From: Anaerohalosphaeraceae bacterium
GTDB lineage: Bacteria > Planctomycetota > Phycisphaerae > Sedimentisphaerales > Anaerohalosphaeraceae
Assembly (NCBI GenBank): GCA_963675155.1
Contig: OY775912.1
Span: 296,058 to 360,057 of the forward strand
DNA: 64,000 nucleotides
Direction: 5' to 3'
The notes beneath the pieces are model-generated. The model ran no database searches. It was given only the letters and a program-made list of their open reading frames with translations, and had not been told where the DNA came from. This document shows positions 54,904-64,000 of the stretch, piece after piece. Each line of letters begins with the position of its first letter. The stretch's first letter is position 1. Made by a program: the position numbers and the translations under genes.

Positions 54904-57042
54904 ATGAAAAGACATCGGTTGAGCAATTTTGTTATTTTTGCCTTATCAGTGATAGTGTTGCAGCTTCCATTGTCAGCAGAGGTGACGATTGAAAATCTGG
55001 TTGCGACAGGCCATGACAGCAGAATTGATTTGCGATGGTCACCGTCTTCGACGTCTGGCCTGGATGGTTACAATATCTATCGAAGCCGGTATGTTGCGGG
55101 CAACTACACTAAAATGAATAGTTCCATGCATACAGTGTCCGTCTACAGTGATTTTTTGGGCGAAAATGTCAGGCCGTATTGTTACTATGTCAAGCCCGTT
55201 GTCAATGGTGTTGAAGGAGCGGCTTCAGGTATTGTGACCGCCACACCCTATGCGATGACGGATGAGCAGCTTTTAACGTCTGTACAGGAAGCCGCCTTCA
55301 GATACTTCTGGGATTTTGCCCATCCTGACAGTGGGATGGCTCGAGAGCGATATGCTGCCTATGACCGACAGTCGGTCGCCACCGGCGGGTCAGGGTTCGG
55401 ACTGATGAATTTAATTGTCGGTGTTGAACGGGGCTTTATTACCCGCCCGGAAGCTGCGGGTCTGACGCTCAAAGTGCTGACTTTTCTTCAAGACACCGCT
55501 CCCCGCTATCACGGGGCATGGTCGCATTGGATGGATGGCACCACCGGAGCATCGCTTCCAATTGATTATGATGATGATGACAATCCGGTTATTGCGGCCG
55601 ATATTGTTGAAACATCCTATATAATTCAAGGGATGCTGACTTCACGGCAATATTTTGACGGTAATGATCCTGTTGAGGTGGAGATTCGCACCAGGGCGAC
55701 GGAACTTTTTGAACAGGTCGATTGGGATTGGTATCGCCGGCCGGACGAAACGGATGGAACCCACTTGTATTGGTATTGGTCGCCAACGCACGGTTGGTAC
55801 AAAAGCTTTCCATTTGGCGGTGCCGAAGTGATGATTACTTATCTGTTGGCGATTGCTTCGCCGACACATCCCATTCCGGCGTCTTGTTATTATGACGGGT
55901 TTGGCGGCGGGGGAGCGTATAAAAATGGTAGCCGCTATTATGGATTGACCCAGTGGGTCAGTGCCTATGAGACACCGATGTTCTGGACGCATTATTCGTT
56001 TCTCGGATTTGATCCTCGCGGCAAGCATGATAACTACTGCAACTATTTTGAGAACAGCCAAAATATTGCGCTGATTGACCGGGCGTATTGTGACCACAAC
56101 CCCAACGAGTTTGCCGGCTACAGCAATTTAGTCTGGGGCTTAACTGCCAGTTATAACCCGTGGGGCTATGTTGCCCATGCGCCGGGCGATGCCGATAACG
56201 GGACGATTACTCCGACAGCGGCGATCAGTTCGATGCCTTATACGCCGACTGAATCGCTGGCAACGCTGAAGCACTTTTATTACACCTATGGCAGTGACCT
56301 GTGGGGGCCCTTTGGCTTCTACGATGCATTTAATCTGCAGGAGAGCTGGTATTCAAATGGCTACCTAGTGATTGATCAGGGGACGATGGCCCCGATGATT
56401 GAAAATTATCGAACCGGTCTTTGTTGGGACTTATTTATGGCCAATCCGGAAATATTACCCATGCTGGAAAGTATCGGCTGGGCTGTCAGAGGCGATAACG
56501 GATTGAATTATGCATATTATGAAGGGACTTGGACGTCATTGCCGGACTTCGATTCTTTAACACCGGTTGCAACGGGAAAAGCGAATAACTTCGATATTGG
56601 CCTTCGTCAGCAGGACGACTCATTCGCGTTGCGCTTTACCGGTTATATTGAAATTCCATCCAACGGAGGCTACACCTTTTATCTTAATTCAGATGACGGC
56701 AGTAAGCTGTATGTGAATGATGAATTGGTCGTAGACAATGACGGAACACACGGCATGCAGGAAAGCAGCGGGTATCGCTATCTGCTCGAAGGAATTCACC
56801 CGATTACGGTGACATATTTCGACCATGATGGGGAAAATGATCTGATGGTCAGCTATTCCAGTCTACATATACCTAAAACTCAAATCCCAGTTGATACGTT
56901 GTTTCGCTGTCATTGGCAGGGAGATTACAATCAGGATTGTGTCGTTGATATCAGCGATCTCATGACAATCGCAGAAAGCTGGTTGACGGCGTATGATTAT
57001 ATTGATTTTTCGAACGTCGCTTCTGATTGGCAACAACAATAA
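54904..57042 (+). CDS. secreted family-B six-hairpin glycosidase-like domain + PA14 domain + dockerin-like C-terminus
   Basis: Signal peptide. [20 protein letters not shown]...[18 protein letters not shown] block. PA14-like ([38 protein letters not shown]...[14 protein letters not shown]). [22 protein letters not shown]. Confidence 0.55.
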   Translation: MKRHRLSNFVIFALSVIVLQLPLSAEVTIENLVATGHDSRIDLRWSPSSTSGLDGYNIYRSRYVAGNYTKMNSSMHTVSVYSDFLGENVRPYCYYVKPVVNGVEGAASGIVTATPYAMTDEQLLTSVQEAAFRYFWDFAHPDSGMARERYAAYDRQSVATGGSGFGLMNLIVGVERGFITRPEAAGLTLKVLTFLQDTAPRYHGAWSHWMDGTTGASLPIDYDDDDNPVIAADIVETSYIIQGMLTSRQYFDGNDPVEVEIRTRATELFEQVDWDWYRRPDETDGTHLYWYWSPTHGWYKSFPFGGAEVMITYLLAIASPTHPIPASCYYDGFGGGGAYKNGSRYYGLTQWVSAYETPMFWTHYSFLGFDPRGKHDNYCNYFENSQNIALIDRAYCDHNPNEFAGYSNLVWGLTASYNPWGYVAHAPGDADNGTITPTAAISSMPYTPTESLATLKHFYYTYGSDLWGPFGFYDAFNLQESWYSNGYLVIDQGTMAPMIENYRTGLCWDLFMANPEILPMLESIGWAVRGDNGLNYAYYEGTWTSLPDFDSLTPVATGKANNFDIGLRQQDDSFALRFTGYIEIPSNGGYTFYLNSDDGSKLYVNDELVVDNDGTHGMQESSGYRYLLEGIHPITVTYFDHDGENDLMVSYSSLHIPKTQIPVDTLFRCHWQGDYNQDCVVDISDLMTIAESWLTAYDYIDFSNVASDWQQQ

Positions 57043-57083
57043 GGATAAAAGTCGGAGTTTCTAAAATGGATAGGGGAAATGAG

Positions 57084-57914
57084 ATGCACAATAAAAAAGG
57101 TTTTACACTGATCGAATTGCTCGTCGTCATCGCGATAATTGCATTACTGTTGGCGATTCTTTCACCGGCGCTGCGCAAAGCCAAAGAGCAAGCCAGGTTT
57201 GTGATTTGCAAAAATAACCTTAGATCGTATGCACTGGCAGGGAGTTTATATCTTCAGGATAACGATGAGGCTTTTCCGCATCCCATGGTGTGTGTGGATG
57301 GCGCGGAAACGTTCGGAGGAACTTATATCACAGAACATCCCAAAGAATGTCGCTGGCATGATGGCGATGTCGAGCCGACCGGCGCTTTCTGGCCTTATTT
57401 GGATGCACAGGGTGTGCATAGCTGTCCCAGTTTTTTGTCCATTGTTAAAAGTCGGGGACCGGATCATCCGGGGCATCATCCGGATATTCCGATTGTTCCT
57501 CGAAACACCTATAGCATGAACGGTTATCTCGGCAAAGGCGGGATGGTGGGCAGTTCGTATGATGACTTAGTTGCCGCAAACGGAAATGAACAGATGCCGA
57601 AAATCACGGATGTGAAATATACTGCCGGCGTGCTTTTTATAACGGAAGAGAATATCTGGCCAGTCAATGAAGACAACGAGGATGATATCAGGTTATCCGA
57701 AGATGCGTTAAACGATATGTATTTCTTTCCGCGATTGTACGGCAACGGAGACTGTATTGCGACATTCCATAAGGCTACGGATTCCAAGCTCAATACGGGG
57801 GTTAGTAATGTCTTGTTTCTGGACGGTCATGTGGGTGAAGAGAAAGCTTTTGATGAAGCAGATTTGGCGTTGAGCTATTCAAACAAAAGCTTGAGTCTGG
57901 TTCGGCGAAAGTAG
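57084..57914 (+). CDS. prepilin-type N-terminal cleavage/methylation domain protein of the DUF1559 type (pseudopilin-like)
   Basis: [23 protein letters not shown]-terminal motif. C-terminal NVLFLDGHV motif typical of PVC DUF1559 proteins. Confidence 0.75.
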   Translation: MHNKKGFTLIELLVVIAIIALLLAILSPALRKAKEQARFVICKNNLRSYALAGSLYLQDNDEAFPHPMVCVDGAETFGGTYITEHPKECRWHDGDVEPTGAFWPYLDAQGVHSCPSFLSIVKSRGPDHPGHHPDIPIVPRNTYSMNGYLGKGGMVGSSYDDLVAANGNEQMPKITDVKYTAGVLFITEENIWPVNEDNEDDIRLSEDALNDMYFFPRLYGNGDCIATFHKATDSKLNTGVSNVLFLDGHVGEEKAFDEADLALSYSNKSLSLVRRK

Positions 57915-57974
57915 AGTGACAATCCAGACTGTTCAATGATCATAGTTTTCTTATAAGGGGATGGGGACTCCGTT

Positions 57975-60545
57975 ATGACGACTCGAAGGTGGCTTTGCAT
58001 TGCAGTCTGTATGTTGCCGCTAAAAGCTTTTGCGGTGACCCTCTTGTGCGGCTATGAGGCGGATGAACCGGTTGTTTCAATCAGTACGCCGGATTCAACC
58101 GCTACCGCAGAGATTATTAGCGGCGGAGGAGATGTGCCGTATCCTGTTGACGGTGATGGCATGCTCAGCCTTTCCTGGGCAAATGAAACCGACAGGAAAG
58201 TGGAAGTCAAACATCAGTGGACAGATCTGAGTTTTTCTCTCACTGGGGATGATCGTATTCTTGCCGACGTGTATATTCCCAATGCAGTGATGCCCGGGTT
58301 GATTGGAATCTGGGATTCTCTTTTTGACTGGCACCCCGCTGTAGGTTCCGTTAATGCCGATGGCTGGTTTACAGTGGAATTTGATGTTGCTGCCAACACG
58401 GAAACCGATTTAAATGAAATCTCTGCTTTGCTTTTTGAATATCTGCCGACAGATTCAGGGACGATTTATATTGACAATCTGCGTCTGTTAAGCCTGACGC
58501 CGGAGATACAAACCGTTACCGGCCAGGAACAAGCGATTGAGGTTGTGTGGAATCCGGTCAACGTTGCTGGTTTTCAGGGGTATAATATTTATCGTGCCCC
58601 GATGGGAACCGATGATTATACGAAACTCAACAGTGATGTTTATCCCGGCTTTGTTTATGTCGATTTTGTCGGTGGTAATGGCTTTTCTTATACTTACAAA
58701 GTCACTTCGATGATCAATGGTGTTGAATCCTCCTATTCGAATTCCATGGGAGGTGTTTCAGTTGCACAAACCGACGGGGAATTCTTGACCACCTATCAAA
58801 AAGCGGCATTCAGATTTTATTGGGAGTATGCCCATCCGGCCAGCGGTCTATCCAGAGATTTATTTGGCTACAATGAGTTCTATAATGATAAGTGTGCAGT
58901 GGGTGGTTCCGGGATGGGATTGCTTTCAATTCTGGTCGGCTCGGAGCGAGGCTTTGTGACTCGAGCACAAGCAGCGGGACGTACATTGAAAATACTTCGG
59001 TTCCTAAGTCAGGCCAAGCGTTTCAAGGGCGTATGGCCGCATATGTCCAATGGAGCGACCGGGCAGGCGATCGTCTTCGGTACGTATGATGATGGAGCCG
59101 ATTTGGTTGAAACAGGTTATGTGGCTCAGGCCTTATTGACAATCCGACAGTATTATTCACAGTCAGATCCAATTGAGACGCAAGTTCGTGCATTGGCTGA
59201 TCAGTTGTGGAGGGAGATCGAATGGGACTGGTTCCGGCGGTTGGATGAGACGGATGGCAAGCATCTATATTGGCACTGGTCGGAAAACTATGGCTGGCAG
59301 ATGGATTATCCAATCAACGGTTTTAATGAAGCCATGATGACCTATATTTTGGCGGCAGCTTCGACGACTCACGGCGTACCGGCCTCCTGCTATCACGAGG
59401 GGTGGGTCGGCTGGGGCTATCTGGACGGCTCGGAATACTATGGGCATCGGCTTTGGGTGGGTTCGCTTGATAAACCGATGTTCCTGACACACTATCAATT
59501 CCAGGCGTTGGACCCGCGTAACAAAAGAGATAACTATTGCAATTATTATGATAACGGCAGGAGCATGGTATTAGCTCATCGTGCATATTGTATAGATAAT
59601 CCTGGCGGTTATACGGATTACGGTTCGAACGAATGGGGTTTGTCGGCCGATGTTGATCCATGGGGATACGATGCCCACTGTCCGGTTACGGTTGATAACG
59701 GAACCATTTCGACCCATGCGTCGATCGCCTCCATGCCTTTTACGCCCGATGAATCGGTTGCTGCAATGCGGGCCTTATATGCAAAATATACCTCAAAAAT
59801 TTATGGGGCTTTCGGCTTTATTGATTCGTTTAATATCAGTCAGAACTGGTTTTCAAACGGCTTTACTTCGATTAATGTCGGATCCAATATTATTATGATC
59901 GAAAATGAACGGACGCAGTTACTTTGGAATTATTTTATGTCAGCTCCGGAAATAAAGCCGGCACTAAAAGAGCTGGGGTGGGGGTTGTACCCTGACTCCG
60001 GTTTGAACTGCAGTTACTACGAAGGCCAGTGGGACTCCCTGCCGGCCTTTTCATCGTTGACGCCGATATTCGAAGATACGGTGGGTTCTTTCCACCCGAT
60101 GCTTCGGAATCGGGATGATCATTATGCCCTTTGTTTCACCGGCTACATTCTCATCGAAACGGAAGGACGATATTTGTTTTATTTGAAATCCGATGATGGC
60201 AGTAAGCTTTATCTTGATAATAGACTGATTGTGAACAATGATGGAATCCATCCTGAACGGGAAATTATGGGGGAGATCGATCTGTCTGTCGGCTTGCATC
60301 CAATCAGACTGAATTATTTTGAGTACGCAGGCGTCGAATGTCTGCAAGTCTGCTATTCGGGGCCGTCCGTGACAAAGCAGATTATCCCGGCATCTGTTCT
60401 GCGAACCAATATTCACTGTGGGGACATTAACACCGACGGTTTTGTGGACATCGATGATGTTCTGGAATTAGCCGATGGTTGGTTGACGGAATATGACTTG
60501 CCAAACTTCACCTGTGTTTCGGATGCATGGCTGATGTTTGAATGA
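57975..60545 (+). CDS. secreted protein: N-terminal beta-sandwich + fn3-like + family-B six-hairpin glycosidase-like domain + PA14 + dockerin-like C-terminus (paralog of 54904..57042)
   Basis: Signal peptide MTTRRWLCIAVCMLPLKAFA. AAFRFYWEYAHPASGLSRD...GGSGMGLLSILVGSERGF. PA14-like ([38 protein letters not shown]). GDINTDGFVDIDDVLELADGWL. Confidence 0.55.
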   Translation: MTTRRWLCIAVCMLPLKAFAVTLLCGYEADEPVVSISTPDSTATAEIISGGGDVPYPVDGDGMLSLSWANETDRKVEVKHQWTDLSFSLTGDDRILADVYIPNAVMPGLIGIWDSLFDWHPAVGSVNADGWFTVEFDVAANTETDLNEISALLFEYLPTDSGTIYIDNLRLLSLTPEIQTVTGQEQAIEVVWNPVNVAGFQGYNIYRAPMGTDDYTKLNSDVYPGFVYVDFVGGNGFSYTYKVTSMINGVESSYSNSMGGVSVAQTDGEFLTTYQKAAFRFYWEYAHPASGLSRDLFGYNEFYNDKCAVGGSGMGLLSILVGSERGFVTRAQAAGRTLKILRFLSQAKRFKGVWPHMSNGATGQAIVFGTYDDGADLVETGYVAQALLTIRQYYSQSDPIETQVRALADQLWREIEWDWFRRLDETDGKHLYWHWSENYGWQMDYPINGFNEAMMTYILAAASTTHGVPASCYHEGWVGWGYLDGSEYYGHRLWVGSLDKPMFLTHYQFQALDPRNKRDNYCNYYDNGRSMVLAHRAYCIDNPGGYTDYGSNEWGLSADVDPWGYDAHCPVTVDNGTISTHASIASMPFTPDESVAAMRALYAKYTSKIYGAFGFIDSFNISQNWFSNGFTSINVGSNIIMIENERTQLLWNYFMSAPEIKPALKELGWGLYPDSGLNCSYYEGQWDSLPAFSSLTPIFEDTVGSFHPMLRNRDDHYALCFTGYILIETEGRYLFYLKSDDGSKLYLDNRLIVNNDGIHPEREIMGEIDLSVGLHPIRLNYFEYAGVECLQVCYSGPSVTKQIIPASVLRTNIHCGDINTDGFVDIDDVLELADGWLTEYDLPNFTCVSDAWLMFE

Positions 60546-60742
60546 TCCACAGATCGGGAGCAGATTCGATTGAGTTGTATATTAGACAGGCGATGTCTGC
60601 TGTCTAAAAACAGAGTGTTTTGCGTTTTTCTACATCATTCCATTGCAGACCGCAGATTGTTTTGTATAATCCACTTCATGATTGCAAGGGCAGAAGTGTC
60701 TTAAACAATACAATTACAGACTCAATAAAGTATGGGAAAGGG

Positions 60743-62602
<1,860 letters not shown>

Positions 62603-62829
62603 CGGGAATGAGCGTTAAAAGTTATAATGCTTCTTGTATGTTAGAAATATTAAGATCCGGGTGCTGTTAGCGGCTACCCGGATCTTTTAATTTGAGACGA
62701 GAATTTCCGGTTTCTTGAGTGAATTCAGTGATATCAGTCCTTCTGTCCACGATACTTGACATGAGAGGTGCTATATATAGAAGAGGAACCGCTATTTCAG
62801 GCCAACAAAAGCGACGATGTTTCACGGTT

Positions 62830-63666
62830 TCATCTCAATTGGAATTGGTATTGTTTTGGGGTTTTTTTTGTGATCTTTTTGAAGATCCTGCAAAAATAGA
62901 CAACATCATTGTAGCCGCATCGTTTCGCAATCTGGGACAGGGACAAATCGTAATTTTGCAGTAGAAATTTTGCCCTGTTGATGCGTACATAATTAATATA
63001 ATCGCAAAATCTCATATAGCCGTTGGTTTTGAACAGGCGTGACAGATGATTGGGGGAGATGTCATAGTGTGTTGCCACCGAGTTGCGAGAGATGTCATGT
63101 TGGAAATTTTCCTGGATATAGGCACAAATATCCTGAAACAGGAGTTCTGAACGTGGCGATACCGGTTTGTCGTAGTCTTCCAATCGGTTTACATAGCAGG
63201 CGAGCAACGCTGTGATTAATTGATTAAATGCTGTGAAGTTCTTTTTCATTCGTTGAAGCTCGCCGATGGCGTCGATTATTTTTTGCTCGGGACCGGCTAA
63301 AGCATGTGCAATCGCAATTTTCTCTGCTTTGACTTCCTCATCCGAAGTGACCAAGCTGATGCCGGTATGATTTCTGCCGAATAAAAAGTGAATTGTTTTA
63401 GACTTTTTGTCCATATCCGGCTTATCCCAACTGTTGGCAGGAATAAAGATCCCTTCTCCGGGCTTGAGTTGAAGCATTGTAATCTCACGATTCTGCTCGA
63501 GTTGCGTTTCGTATTGTCCTTCGATTAAAAGGGTTAACCGCGGAAAATGTACGGCAAATGCGAAAAGCGGCGGAGGCGTGTTATCGCCGGCAAAATAGAT
63601 ACGGCCTGTTCCACTATTGGAACAGATGTTTCTGAGAATATTCAGGATTTGTCTTTGTGTTTCCAT
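62830..63666 (-). CDS. AraC-family transcriptional regulator (cupin sensor + HTH)
   Basis: C-terminal AraC HTH (ISPNHLSRLFKTNGYMRFCDYINYVRINRAKFLLQNYDLSLSQIAKRCGYNDVVYFCRIFKKITKKTPKQY). Confidence 0.8.
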   Translation of the reverse strand: METQRQILNILRNICSNSGTGRIYFAGDNTPPPLFAFAVHFPRLTLLIEGQYETQLEQNREITMLQLKPGEGIFIPANSWDKPDMDKKSKTIHFLFGRNHTGISLVTSDEEVKAEKIAIAHALAGPEQKIIDAIGELQRMKKNFTAFNQLITALLACYVNRLEDYDKPVSPRSELLFQDICAYIQENFQHDISRNSVATHYDISPNHLSRLFKTNGYMRFCDYINYVRINRAKFLLQNYDLSLSQIAKRCGYNDVVYFCRIFKKITKKTPKQYQFQLR

Positions 63667-63934
63667 TGCCTTGGCTTCAGTTTATGTTACGAAATTCATA
63701 TGTTAGATGTGTGATTATATTCAAAACAACGATCGATTTCAAGTGTATATGCGTTAATAAGCTTAAAATGCGTAATTATTCAGGACGTGATGTAATTAAA
63801 AATGAAATCGGATGTTACAATAGTACAACACTTGGTGTGATATTCCTATGTGATTGAAGGCCCCATTTAAGTATAATCCATCTGTGTGATTTGATGGGTA
63901 TTAGGCCAATTTAGGTGTAACTGGAAGGTTGTAG

Positions 63935-64000
63935 ATGAAACAGTTGATTCAAAAGAATAAACAATATCTTTTAAGCGGCGTATCTTTTGCCATCCCTTTT
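63935..64000 (+). CDS. 5' end of an unassigned ORF running off the window (MKQLIQKNKQYLLSGVSFAIPF...), divergent from the AraC gene
   Basis: ATG at 63935 with an open frame to the window end. Hydrophobic start suggests a membrane or secreted protein. Confidence 0.25.
   Translation, partial: MKQLIQKNKQYLLSGVSFAIPF

Noticed and set aside
63657-63857. 66-aa ORF overlapping the AraC gene start region
   Set aside because: AT-rich divergent promoter region; no features.

Overview
This window is a CAZyme-rich accessory region. The best guess at the source is a member of the PVC superphylum, in the Planctomycetota / Verrucomicrobiota / Lentisphaerota / Kiritimatiellota sense. The basis is PEP-CTERM sorting signals, DUF1559 prepilin-like proteins, dockerin-like EF-hand C-terminal modules and LTD/CotH giant proteins. 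Gene order, start to end:
- Two paralogous giant CotH+lamin-tail-domain (LTD) proteins; the first is truncated at its 5' end and frameshifted.
- Two ECF sigma factor / FecR-type anti-sigma pairs.
- A beta-1,3/1,6-glucan and mannan-type degradative cluster: GH16 (x2), GH30, a GH55-like two-beta-helix protein fused to an SMP-30/gluconolactonase-like propeller, and a GH99-like enzyme.
- A novel ~220-aa secreted N-terminal domain present in three tandem paralogs, with three different C-terminal fates.
- An RNA-repair / ribosome-rescue island (the most unusual block): rtcR on the minus strand, then a sigma-54-type promoter, a tRNA-like element, an SPFH gene, a 7-tRNA array containing atypical members, rtcA, rtcB, an unknown translationally coupled ORF, and a PrfH-type release factor with a GGQ motif.
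- A GH35 + F5/8-(alpha/alpha)6 operon.
- A LacI-family regulator with five near-identical palindromic AAAACGTTTT operator-like sites.
- Four paralogs of a glucoamylase-like/DUF3131-type (possibly GH144-like) six-hairpin glycosidase, two of them carrying PA14 and dockerin-like modules.
- A ~1130-aa cytoplasmic phosphorylase-like protein and a GPH-family MFS symporter.
- Two PEP-CTERM / CBM proteins, a GH2, and an AraC regulator.
No CRISPR arrays, transposases or integrases were seen. All family assignments come from motif recognition by eye; no database search was run.
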